From the human T2T-CHM13v2.0 reference genome, Homo sapiens, in NCBI GenBank assembly GCA_009914755.4, contig CP086569.2:17632001-17696000 (forward strand): DNA of 64,000 bases. Direction: 5' to 3'. Every line of letters begins with the position of its first letter. Positions within the stretch are counted from its first letter, which is position 1. Below are positions 19,236-31,482 of this stretch, piece by piece. The notes under the pieces are model-generated. The model did no database searches, was not told where the DNA came from, and was given only the letters and a program-made list of their open reading frames with translations. Position numbers and translations under genes: made by a program.

Positions 19236-19458
19236 CTAAGCTAAATTAAAAGCAATTATAATACCTGACCCAGGACTGCATTGGTATTATGAAAAAAAAT
19301 AACCAAATGGGAATAGGATAGCCTGGCATCCAGTAGAGCAAATCAGAGAAAATCAAGAAATGCTGAATAGAAGATTTATTATTCCCTCTGGGAAAACTGA
19401 TGTAAACATTTTTTTTCAGAGAAAATTCAGGGAGCGGCCACTCTTTCAAAACAGTGGG

Positions 19459-19510
19459 TTTTTGTTTTTGTTTGTTTCTTTGTTTTTTGTTTGTTTGTTT
19501 GTTTGTTTTT
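19459..19510. repeat. (GTTT)n microsatellite
   Basis: 'gtttttgtttttgtttgtttctttgttttttgtttgtttgtttgtttgtttttt'. The same motif resumes at 19801-19812. Confidence 0.85.
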
Positions 19511-19800
19511 TGAGACGGAGTCTCGCTCTGTCGCCCAGGCTGGAGTGCAGTGGCGGGATCTCGGCTCACTGGCTCACTGCAAGCTCCGCCTCCCGGGTTC
19601 ACGCCATTCTCCTGCCTCAGCCTCCCAAGTAGCTGGGACTACAGGCGCCCGCCACTACGCCCGGCTAATTTTTTGTATTTTTAGTAGAGACGGGGTTTCA
19701 CCGTTTTAGCCGGGATGGTCTCGATCTCCTGACCTCGTGATCCTTCCGCCTCGGCCTCCCAAAGTGCTGGGATTACAGGCGTGAGCCACCGCGCCCGGCC
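19505..19800 (-). mobile_element. Very young AluY, with nearly all CpGs intact
   Basis: 'gagacggagtctcgctctgtcgcccaggctggagtgcagtggcgggatctcggctcac...ggcgcccgccactacgcccggctaatttt...caccgttttagccgggatggtctcgatctcctgacctcgtgatccttccgcctcggcctcccaaagtgctgggattacaggcgtgagccaccgcgcccggcc'. Confidence 0.9.
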
Positions 19801-20210
19801 GTTTGTTTGTTTTTAAATAAAACTTGCTTGTGGCTGAGGTTGGGATGATGGTGGGTTTTCTTCATCATGAACATTTTCACCCTTTTCACTCTCTCTCAGA
19901 GAATGGCACAGCTTGTTCATGATGCGTTAGGATGTCAAATAATATTGCTCTAGGATGTCAAATAATATTCCAGGTTATTCAGTAAACAACAAGTTCAGAC
20001 TCTTCTGTTGATGGAACTCCTTTAATCAAGGCAGCCTAGACCACAGCTAGGACTTGGCATTCTTCCAAGTCTGATTTCTATTTCTGTGAACGTTGCAAAA
20101 TTTCTGGTCCATGAGAAGGTACCCTCTATCTCTATATTCAGATTCATAGCAGAATTACACAGAAAGAGTGGTGACAACTTTCATCTCATAGCACTACGTT
20201 TTTCCTACCT

Positions 20211-20537
20211 TTTTTTTTCTTTTTTTTTTTTTTTGTTGTTGTTGTTGTTGAAATGGAGTTTCACTCTTTTTACCCAGGCTAAAGTGCAGTGGTGCGATCT
20301 TGGCTCACCACAACCCCTGCTTCCTGGGTTCAAGTGATTATCTTGCCTCAGCCCCCTAAGTAGCTGGGATTACAGACACCTGTGACCACACCTGGATAAT
20401 TTTTGCATTTTTGGTAGAGATGGTGTTTCACCATGTTGGCCAGGCTGGTCTCGAACTCCTGACGTCAGGTGATCTGCCCACTCACTTTTGGCCTCCCAAA
20501 GTGCTGAGATTGCAGGTGTGAACCACCTCGTTCAGCC
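20211..20537 (-). mobile_element. Alu SINE (older, diverged)
   Basis: Poly-T then '(gtt)n gaaatggagtttcactctttttacccaggctaaagtgcagtggtgcgatcttggctcacc...ctcccaaagtgctgagattgcaggtgtgaaccacctcgttcagcc'. Confidence 0.9.
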
Positions 20538-21010
20538 TTTCCTGTCTATTTTCAAAGAAGGAATTGCTCTGGGGGAAACACCATAAAAGAACAACGATAA
20601 CAAAAAGATTTTCTGTAGAAAATTAAACACTAAGATTGGTGCCCCCCTTATGTGGACAATCACTTGGCAGAATCCTATAGCTTGCCTGTTTATCCATATT
20701 ACAATTAGATTTTGAAGCTCAATAGTAAACATGCAGAAAAATAGCACTAATCTATAAATCATTGCCTTTTCTGCTTTGATATTTTTCACTATTCTCAAGA
20801 GTTGCAAAGAGGATGGTGAATTCCCCCAATGACTCTGATTGAAACTGTGGCTCAGTTTTATATTATTTTAGAAACAGAAGTTGTCGAAAGTTACAAGTGT
20901 ACTCCAAACAAAAGAGTAACATACCTTCTAGTAAACAAAACGCTATTGGAGTTAAGAGGCCATCTTTTGTTTTAATAAAAAAATATAACTCAAAAGAGGA
21001 CCTTTTTGTA

Positions 21011-21270
21011 CTTTGGGAGGCTGAGGTGGGAGGATCATGAGGTCACGAGTTTGAGACCATCCTGGCCAACATGGTGAAACCCCGTGTCTACTAAAATTAC
21101 AAAAAATTAGCTGCACGTAGTGGCACGTGCCTGTAATCCCAGCTACTCCGGAGGCTGAGGCAGGAGAATCGCTTGAACTCAGGAGGTGGAGATTGCAGTG
21201 AGTGGAGATCATGCCATTGCACTACAGCCTGGGCAACAGAGGAAGACTCCATCCGAAAAAAAAAAAAAAT
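21011..21270 (+). mobile_element. Alu SINE, 5'-truncated by about 30 bp
   Basis: Begins 'ctttgggaggctgaggtgggaggatcatgaggtcacgagtttgagaccatcctggccaacatggtgaaaccccgtgtctactaaaattacaaaaaattagctg' and ends in poly-A. Confidence 0.9.
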
Positions 21271-21650
21271 GGGAGCCTTCTTTTTATTATAATTTGCTGA
21301 AAGATTATTGGATGCAATAAAACAAGCCTTCTGCTTTCTGTAATACATGTTTATGTATTTACTCCTATCATGTATTTATTAGAAAAATGGGGAGTATATC
21401 TTACATTTTGCTGAACATATGCAGGTGACAATATTGTTTTATGATTGTTCTTGTTTCAATATGTTACGTAAAAGATTTGCAAATCTTGTACTTATCAGAG
21501 GCTAAATATGGTGTCATCTTCTCAGTGCTATTTTTTTGTGACATGTCTAATTCTAGGAATAAAGAGACTCAATCCCTCTGTAAAGTAGTGAAAAAAATCT
21601 TCACTCATATTGAGCAGTATATTCCAAAGTGATAAAATCATTACTTTAAA

Positions 21651-24600
21651 AGATTTTATTTACGTTCTGGGATACATGTACAGAACGTACAGTTTTGTTA
21701 CGTAGTTATACAAATGCCGTGGTGGTTTGCCACACCCATCAACCAGTCATCTACATTAGGTATTTCTCCTCATGTTATCCCTCCCTTAGCCCCCCACCCG
21801 TCAACAGGCCCCAGTGTGTGATGCTCCCCTCCCTGTGTTCCTGTGTTCTCCCTGTTCAACTTCCACTTATGACTGAGAACATGCGGTGTTTGGTTTTCTC
21901 TTCCTGTGTTAGTTTGCTGAGAATGATGGTTTCCATGTTCATCCATGTCCCTGCAAAGGACATGAACTCTTCCTTTTTTATGGCTGCATAGTATTCCTTG
22001 GTGTATATATGCCACATTTTCTTTATCCAGTCTATCAGTGATAGGCATTTGAATTGGTTCCAAGTCTTTGGTATTGTGAACAGTGCTCCAAGAAACATAC
22101 AGGTGCATTTGTCTTTATAATAGAATACTTTATAATCTTTTGGGTATATACCTAATAATGGGATTGCTGGGTCAAATGGTATTTCTTGTTCTAGATCCTT
22201 GAGTAATTGCCACACTGTCTTTCACCATGATTGAATTAACTTACATTCCCACAAACAGGGTAAAGTTGTTCCTATTTTTCCACATCCTCTCCAGCACCTG
22301 TTGTTTCCTGATTTTTTGATGATTGCTGTTCTAACTGGCATGGCCACATTAATGTCTATTTTTGAGAAATGTCTGTTAATATCCTTCATACAGTTTTTGA
22401 TGACGTTTTGTTTTTTTTCTTCTAAAATTATTTAAGTTCTTTGTAGATTCTGGATATTAGCCCTTTGTCAGATGGATAGATTACTAAAATTTTCTCCTGT
22501 AGGTGGCCTATTCATTCTGATTATAGTTTCTTTTGCTGTGCAGAAGCTATTTAGTTAAATTAGATCCTGTTTGTCAATTCTGCCTTTCTTGTCATTGCTT
22601 TTGGTGTTTTAGTCATGAAGTCCTTGCCCATGTCAATGTCCTGAATAGTATTGCCTAGGCCTTCTTCTAGGGTTGGTCATGGTTTTAGGTCTTACATTTA
22701 AGGCTTTAATCCATCTTGAGTTAATTTTTGTATAAGGTATAAGGAAGGGGAACAGTTTCAGCTTTCTGCATGTGGCTCACCAGTTTTCCCAACACCATTT
22801 ATTAATTAGGGAATCCCTTCCCCATTGCTTGTTTTTGTCAGGTTTGTCAAAGATCAGATGGTTGTAGATGAGTGGTTTTATTTCTGAGGTCTCTGTTCTG
22901 TTCCATTGGTCTATATATCTTTTTTGGTATCAGTACCATACTGTTTTGGTTACTGTAGTCTTGTAGTACAGTTCAAAGTCAGGAAGTGTGATGCCTCCAC
23001 CTTTGTTCTTTTATCTTAGGATTGTCTTGGCTATACAGGCTCTTTTTTCGTTCCATATGAAATTTAAAATAGTTTTTTTCTAATTCTGTGAAGAAAGTCA
23101 ATGGTAGCTTGATGGGGAGAGCATTGAATCTATAAATCACTTTGGACAGTATGGCCATTTTCATGATACTGATTTTTCTTGTCCATAGGATGGAATGTTT
23201 TTTCCATTTGTTTGTGTCCTCTCTTATTTTCCTGAGCAGTGGTTTGTAGTTCTCCTTGAAGATGTCCTTCACAACCCTTGTAAGTTGCATTCCTAGATAT
23301 TTTATTCGGTTTGTAGCAATTGTGAATAGGAGTTCACTCATTATTTGGCTCTCTGCCTATTACTGGTGTATAGGAATGCTTCTGATTTTTGTACATTGAT
23401 TTTGTATCCTGAGAATTTGCTGAATTTCCTTATCAGCTTAAGGAGATTTGGGGCTGCAATGATAGGGTTTTCTAAATATACAACCATGTCACCTGCAAAC
23501 AGAGACTATTTGACTTCCTCTCTACCTATTTGAATACGCTTTATTTCCTTCTCTTGCCTGATTGCCATGGCCAGAACTTCGAATACTATGTTGAACAGGA
23601 GTGGTGAGAGAGGACATCCTTGTGTTGTGTGAGTTTTCAAAGGGAATCTTTCCAGCTTCAGCCTATTCAGTGTTATATTGGCTGTGAGTTCATCATAAAT
23701 AGCTTCTATTATTTTGAGATACATTCCACCAATACCTAGTTTATTGAGAGTTTTTAGCATAAAGCAGTGTTGAATTTTGTCAAAGACCTCTTCTGCATCT
23801 ATTGAGATAATCACGTGGTTTTTTTCATTGGTTCTGTTTACGTGATGGATTACATTTATTGACTTGCATGTATTGAACCAGCCTTGCATCCCAAGGATGA
23901 AGCCAGTTTGATTGTGGTGGGTAAGCTATTTGATGTGCTGTTGGATTCAGTTTGCCAGTATTTTACTGATGATTTTTGCATCTTTATTCACCAGAGATAT
24001 TGGCCTGAAATTTCCTTTTTTTTTTTCTGTGTCTCTACCAGGTTTTGGTATCATAATGATGCTGGTCTCATAAAATGAGTTACGGAAACGTCCTTTTTTT
24101 TTGGGGGGAATATTTTCAGAATGAATGGTACCAGCTCCTGTTTTTGTCTTTGGTAGAATTTGGCTGTTAATTCTTCTGGTCTTAGGGATTTCTTGGTTGG
24201 TAGGCTATTAATTACTCTCTCAATTTCAGAACTTGTTATTGGTCTATTCAGAGATTTGACTTATTCCTGGTTTAAACTTGGGAGAGTGTATGTTTCTAGG
24301 AATTTATCTATTTCTTCCAGATTTTCTAGTTTATTTGCTAGAGGTGTTCTCTGATTTTTTGTAGTGTTCTTTGATGGTAGTTTGGATTTCTGTGGGATCA
24401 GTGGTGATATCACCTTTATCATTTTTTGTTTCATCTATTTGATTCTTCTCTCTATTCTTCATTATTATTCTGGCTAGTGGTATATTTATTTTGTTAATCT
24501 TTTCAAAAAATCACCTCCTGGATTCACTGACATTTTTGAAGGGATTTTCCTATCTCTATCTCCTTCAGTTCTGCTCTGATCTTAGTTGTTTCTTGGCTTC

Positions 24601-27600
24601 TGCTAGCTTTTGAATTTGTTTGCTCTTGCTTCTGTAGTTCTTTTAATTGTGATGGTAGGGTGTCAGTTGTAGATCTTTCCCACTTTCTTTGTGGGAAGTT
24701 AGTGTTATAATTTTCCTATAAACACAGCTTTAACTGTTTCCCAGGGATTCAGAAACACTGTGTCTTTGTTCTCACTGATTTCATAGAACTTATTTGTTTC
24801 TGCCTTAATTTAGTTGTGTGTCAAGTAGTCATTCAAGAGCAGGGTGTTTAGCTTCCATGTAGTTATCTGGTTTTGAGGGTGTTTCTTAGTGCTGAGTTCT
24901 AATTTTATCGCACAGTGGTCTGAGACACTGTTTGCTATGATTTTTGATCTTTTGCATTTACTGAGGAGTGTTTTACTTCCAATTATGTGGTCAATTTTAG
25001 AATAAGTGTGACGCTGCACTGAGGAGAATATATATTCTGTTGATTTGGGGTGGAGAGTTCTGTAGATGTCTATTAGGTCTGCTCAGTCCACAGCTGAGTT
25101 CAAATCCTGAATATCCTTGTTAATTTTCTGTCTCATAGATCTGTCTAATATTGACAATGGGGTATTAAAGTTTCCCAGTATTATTGTATGGGAGTCTAAG
25201 TCTCTTTGTAAGTGTCTAAGAACTTGTATTAAGAATCTGGGTTCTGCTGTATTGTTTGCATGTATATTTAGCATAGTTAGTTCTTCTTGTTCCACTGATC
25301 GCTTTACCATTATTTAATGGCCTTCTATGTCTTCTTTGATCTTTGTTGGTTTAAAGTCTGTTTTATCAGAAACTAGGATTGCAACTCCTGCTTTCTTTTT
25401 GCTTTCCATTTGCTTGGTAAATATTCCTCCATCCCTTTATTTTAAACCTGTGAGTGTCTTTGCATGTGAGATGCATCTCTTGAGTACAGCACACTGAAGG
25501 GTTTTGCTACATCCAATTTGCCAGTCTGTGTCTTTTAATTGCGGAATTTAGCCCATTTACATTTAAGGTTAATATTGTTATGTGTGAATCTGATTCTGCC
25601 ATTATGATGTTAGCTGATTGTTTTGTCTGTTAGTTAATGCAGTTTCTTCATAGTGTCAGTGGTCTTTACAATTTGGCATGTTTTTGCAGTGGCTGGTATC
25701 AGTATTTTTTTTTTCCATATTTAGTGCTTCCCTTAGGAGCTCTTGTAAGGCAGGAAAGGTGGTGACAAAAACTCTCAGTATTTTCCTGTCTCTACAGGAT
25801 TTCACTTACGTAGCTTAATTTGGCTGGATATAAAATTCTGAGTTGAAAGTTCTTTTCTTTAAGGATGTTGAATATTTGCCCCTACTTTCTTCTGCCTTGT
25901 AGGGTTTCTGCAGAGATATCCACTGTTAGTATAATGGGCTTCCCTTTGTGGGTAACCCAACATTTTTTTGTGGCTGCCCTTAACATTTTTTCCTTTATTT
26001 CAACTTTGGTGAATCTGACGATTATGTGCTTAGGGTTGCTCTTCTTGAGGAGTACCTTTGTGTTGTTCTCTGTATTTTTTGAATTTGAATGTTGGCCTGC
26101 CTTGCTAAGTTGCTAAAGTTGTCCTGGATAATATCTGGAAGAGTGTTGTCTAACTTGGTTCTGTCCTCCCTATCACTTTCAAGTACACCAATCAAATGTA
26201 GGTTTGGTCTTTTCACGTAGTCCCATATTTCTCTGAGGCTTTGTTCCTTTTCATTTTTTTTTTTCCTAATCTTGCCTTCACGTTTTATTTCATTAAGGTG
26301 GTCTTCATTCTCTGATATCCTTTCTTCCACTTGATTGATTCGGCTATTGATATTTGTGTATGCTTCATGAAGTTCTAGTATTGTGTTTTTCAGCTCTATC
26401 GGGTCATTTATGTTCTTCTCTAAACTGGTTACTCTAGTTAGCAATTTCTCTAACAATTTTTCAAGGTTCTTAGCTTCTTGCATTGGGTTAGGATATACTC
26501 CTTTAGCTCAGAGGGGTTTGTTTTTACCCACCTTCTGAAGCCTACTTCTGTTAATTAGTCAAACTCATTCTCTGTCCAGTTTTGTTCCCGTGCTGGCAAG
26601 GAGTTGTGATCCTTTGGAGGAGAAAAGGCCTTCAAGTTTTTGGAATTTTCAGCCATTTTTGCTGATTTTTCCTCATCTTATCTACCTTTGTTCTTTGATT
26701 TTGGTGACCTTTGGATTGGGTTTTGTGTGGTCATTCTTTTTGTTGATGTTAATGCTATTCCTTTCTGTTTGTTAGTTTTCCTTCTATTTGTCAGGCCCCT
26801 CTGCTGCACTTATGCTGGAGTTTGCTGGAGGTCTACCTCAGACCCTGTTTGCTTCGGTATCACCAGTGGAGCCCGCATAACAGCAAAGATTGCTGCTTGT
26901 TTCTTCCTCTGGAAGTTTCGTCACAGAGGGGCACGTGCCAGAGGCCAGCAAGAGCTCTCCTGTATGAAGTGTCTGTTGACCCCTGCTGGGAGGTTTCTCC
27001 CCATCAGGAGGCACGGGGTTCAGGAACCCACTTAAGGCAGTCTGTCCCTTAGAACAGCATGCATCCTATGCTGGGGGATACACTGGTCTCTTCAGAACCA
27101 GCAGGCAGAAATATTTCTGTCTGCTGAAGCTGTGCCAAGAGCTGCCCTTTCTCCCAGGTGCTCTTTCCCAGGGAGAATGTAGTTTTATCCATTAGCCCCT
27201 TACTGGGCCTGCTGCTTTTCTTTCAGAGATGCCCTGCCCAGAAAGGAGAAACCCTAGAGAAGCAGTCTGTCTACAAGGACTTTGCTACTCTGAGGTGGGC
27301 TCCACCCAGTTTGAACTTCTGTCAGCTTTGTTTACACTGTGAGGGGAAAACAACCTACCTAACCCTTAGTAATGGCAGAAGCCCCTCCCTGCACCAAGCT
27401 CAAGTGTCCCAGGTTGATTTCAGACTGCTGTACTGGCTGCAAGAATTTCAAGCTCATGGATCTTAGCTTGCTGGGCTCCATGGGAGTGGAATCTGATGAG
27501 CTAGGCCACTTGGCTCCCTGGCTTCAGCCCCCTTTCCATGGGAGTGAATAGTTCTGTCCCACAGGTGTTCCAGGTGCCACTGGGGTATGGAAAAAAAAAA

Positions 27601-28013
27601 AAAAAAAAAACTTCTGCAGTTAGCTCAATATCTGTCCAAATGGCCACCCAGTTTTGTGCTTGAAATTCAGGTTCCTGGTGGTGTAGGCATCTGAGGCAAT
27701 CTCCTGGTATGTGGGTTGTGAAGACTGTGGGAATAGTGTAGTATCTGGGCCAGAATGCACTGTTCCTCACAGCACAGTCCTTCACGACTTCCGTTAGCTA
27801 GGAGAGGGAGTTCCCTGACCCCTTGCACTTCCCAAATGAGGTGATGCTCCACCCTGCTTCTGCTCTTTGGGCTGCACCACCTTTCTAACCAGTCCCAATG
27901 AGACGAGCTGGGTACCTCAGTTGGAAATGCGGAAATTACCCACCTTCTTCATTGATTTCGCTGGGAGCCTCAGACTGGAGCTTTTCCTATTCAGCCATCT
28001 TGCCAGCCACCCC
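21651..28013 (-). mobile_element. Full-length LINE-1 of L1PA type, about 6.36 kb, intact 5'UTR structure, ORFs degenerate
   Basis: Antisense 3' end reads 'tacgttctgggatacatgtacagaacgtacagttttgttacgtagttatacaaatgccgtggtggtttgccacacccatc'. Minus-strand ORF fragments include ORF2 RT (23506..23889, '[21 protein letters not shown]'), EN (25083..25310) and ORF1 (26022..26483, 'YVKRPNLHLIGVLESD'). The 5' end reads 'ggaaaagctccagtctgaggctcccagcgaaatcaatgaagaaggtgggtaatttccgcatttccaactgaggtaccc' on the minus strand. Confidence 0.92.
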
Positions 28014-29161
28014 TTAATTTCCATATAGAGCATGGTGTATATATATCTATAATTCATGTATATACATGATTTTATGTATTGGAAAATCATGAAATATTAA
28101 TAAAGTCATGTAGCATTAGATAAAGTAACACATTGAAATATAAAAGGCTGTGACTTAATCAAAAGCTAACACAACAGGCAACAATAAATATAAATTAGCT
28201 GTTTTTAATCTATTTAAAGACAGAATATGTCATATTTAAATTAACAAAGAGGAATATATTGCTATAAAATCAACCATGAGCACCACTATAACATAATAGC
28301 ATGAGGACAATGTCAATGTCTATTAACCAAGAAGGTGTTAAATAAACCATGGTTCCTTCACCCAGGGAATCACCAAACAACATTATTTAAAATTCTACAA
28401 TTTAATTTTTAACTATTTTAAATATAATATGAAAAGTTGACTTATTTTATGTATGGGTGTAATTATTAATTAAAACAAAAGTGGTATACTACAAGATCTA
28501 TTCCAATTTACGTAGTAAATACCTGTGATGACACACAGGATGGCAACAAAAAAAATAAAATAAATAAAATAACTTTGAAGAGTAAAAACCATCAACTAAT
28601 TTATCCAGAAGTTTTTGAGGCTGGGGAATGTTGATTTATATTTCTTATATTATTCAGTAGTTATGAGTATTCTTAGACACTTTTTAGAAATAAAGAGCTT
28701 CACTTAGGAAATAAATTTCCCATGAAAAAAATGATTAGAAGATTATATATTTAAAAAGTTATGAATTTTATTAAGGGAAATTGTAAAAAATTTGAAAACA
28801 ATATAATAAGACAGAAATAAGGCTTATGGTATATTAAAGTATGTTATGCTATGCCATATATGAATATATTACATGAATCTTAATCAATTTTGCCCTTCAG
28901 ATATTTTTTTTTCTGCTTACACCAAAATATCCATTTTATCAGAAAACACAAGACTCAGTTATTCCCAAATTCATGATGAAACAAAATGAGAAATATATCT
29001 GGACACCTCTCTAAATATCCAAAAGCTAGACTAATGCTTCTTGTACATAGGGAATCATGACACAATTTTACCCAGAACCAGAGGACATAAATCCATTTGT
29101 GAGAGTAAATTGACTGAGGTTTAATATAGCAATACAAATGGAAATCCCACATGCATTGTTA

Positions 29162-29242
29162 TTAGGTTGGTGCAAAAGTAAATGCGGCTTTTGCCATTTA
29201 AAGTAACAGCAAAAACCGTAATTACTTTTGCACCAGCCTCAC
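29162..29242. mobile_element. MADE1 (Hsmar1-derived 80-bp palindromic MITE), the family that gives rise to miR-548 hairpins
   Basis: 'ttaggttggtgcaaaagtaaatgcggcttttgccatttaaagtaacagcaaaaaccgtaattacttttgcaccagcctca' versus the MADE1 consensus 'ttaggttggtgcaaaagtaattgcggtttttgccattaaaagtaatggcaaaaaccgcaattacttttgcaccaacctaa'. Confidence 0.85.
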
Positions 29243-29973
29243 AGTAAACCAGTAATTAAAATACCATAAACTATTAAGTGAAAAGTATACAAAAATTAAG
29301 ACATTTTAACACACAGTGCATTACAGATTAAACAAAATGAGAAATATCTAGGGTCAGGCTAATATTCCATTGAACGTGTTTATGTCTCCAGTTCACTGAA
29401 TTTAACATTGGCAGAATGGTTTGAAATAGCTTTTCTGTCCTGCTTTACTCACAAGTGCAGTCTTGGAAAATTTCACAAATTATCCATTCAATGATTATTT
29501 ACTGAACCCAAATATTACTTTATTGAACAGTGTTCTAGGTGCCTGGGAAATCCCAGTAAACGAAATAAACCAACATCCTTGCTCCCTTCAAATAGCTGTT
29601 CTAGACATTGGAGACAGATGATGAACGCTAGCAATTATGCTAAGAAATGAATAGGCCGTATATTTGAAAAGGACACTGGGTAAGGAAAAGGGCAGGCTGA
29701 ACAAGTCACAGAGGAGTCCTGGGTAAGGGGAGAGATCTACAATGTAAACACAAGGAGAAATTGGGGCAGATGTAAAGGAAATGGAGGTACTGACCAATAA
29801 GGAACTATGAAATGATTCTTCCGGGCAGAGGATGCAGACAGGGAGAGATTATTATTACATTAATGGCAGTCATAATAGAAGAAGAAAGCAGTTGCTTACT
29901 GCGTGCCTCCCCTCTTGTGAAGTCACTGAGCTCTTTGAACTACAACATTTTTTCCTATTGATAGTAGTATTAG

Positions 29974-30283
<310 letters not shown>

Positions 30284-31482
30284 ATGTAAATTTTTAATAA
30301 GAAGAATTGTAAAGCAATACTAAGCTAACTATGTTTCATGTATATGATATATGGTTATATAAATGCATAGCTCAAATATTCTTTCAAAACATACAGCATA
30401 TATCTGAAATATACAATTAAATATTATATGCACATTTTTTACTCTTAAATGATTTTTCTTCCCATTATGTTCTTTCATCATTTAGTAATTTCACAAAATT
30501 AAAAAATATCCTGCTCTCATGGTGATTTGGATTAATCCTCTTTTTGGGTTAAACATAAATAAGATGCATATTTATCTTTTACTTGGATATAATAAACTAT
30601 TTTAAAACGTGGAACAGGAAAAAGATTTTTATTACAAAATGTTGTTCTCTAAATATAACATTCATGATAGATACTGATGATTTTGACTGAAATGAAACAT
30701 CAAACTCTGACAGTCACATTAATGTAGAAGTTTATTCTATGCACCCCAAGGAAAGTAATCAGCTTATGTCACTTCATATATTTAAACAGCTACCAGATAC
30801 ATCTCTTTTGTCAAGATGCTGTTATTAACATACTATTTTAACACATCAAGTGATTAATGGAATATACAATTATAAAGTTAGGTCATATTTGAGAATTAGT
30901 TTTAGTTGTATGCATAAAAGAATCATCTCTTATTCCATAGAACAGAAATCCCAGTGTAATAAGGTTTTGCTCTTGATAATGTGGACCCACATGTTATTTG
31001 AACCAAAAATTTTCCTAAAAACAACTTGAAGTTTGAAGAAAAAGATGAACTTTTAAAGTGTTATTATAGTTACAAATATAAGAATCAAGTCTAAGTGAAA
31101 GTTCAAACATGGAGAAATTTTTTTTAAAAAAATAATAAAATTGTAAAACCACTTTCAATACTTTTCATTAAAATAAGTGGCAATTAACTAAAGCTTTGTT
31201 TGCAAGATTAAAATTGGATGTCTGATGCTAGTGGAATGGTATTTTCAATGTGCTCACTTCACTAGGTTGAAGATTATTATATTTTTACAAACAGTTTTTT
31301 TCTCCAAATTCAGTGAATTTATTTTGGATCATAGGCCACTTTAAACTACTCAAGACTCTTTCTTTTAGACATGAAAATACTAAAATCTGTGTTTTTCTGC
31401 AGACAAATAAATTTTAAAAAAGAAAAAATTTCTTTTACATTTTCAAGTGGCCATATGAAATCTAATCAAAGAGGTGATAAAT

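Noticed and set aside
26022-26483. A 153-aa coiled-coil-like ORF ('LEKLLEKLLTRVTSLEKNINDPIELKN...YVKRPNLHLIGV') and similar ORFs at 37328..38613 and 11070..11753.
   Set aside because: These are L1 ORF1p fragments (coiled-coil, RRM and CTD regions) in the expected position upstream of ORF2 in each L1 copy.
27590-27612. An A21 homopolymer inside the L1 5'UTR (antisense), which could be taken for an element boundary or A-tail.
   Set aside because: The corresponding position in the related L1 5'UTR at about 63455 carries a T8 run on the sense strand. This is an expanded internal homopolymer of this L1 subfamily's 5'UTR, not an insertion boundary.
29162-29242. The 80-bp perfect-ish palindrome could be read as a rho-independent terminator, a riboswitch or a protein-binding operator.
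   Set aside because: It matches the MADE1 mariner MITE consensus almost base-for-base. Its palindromy is the element's terminal inverted repeats.
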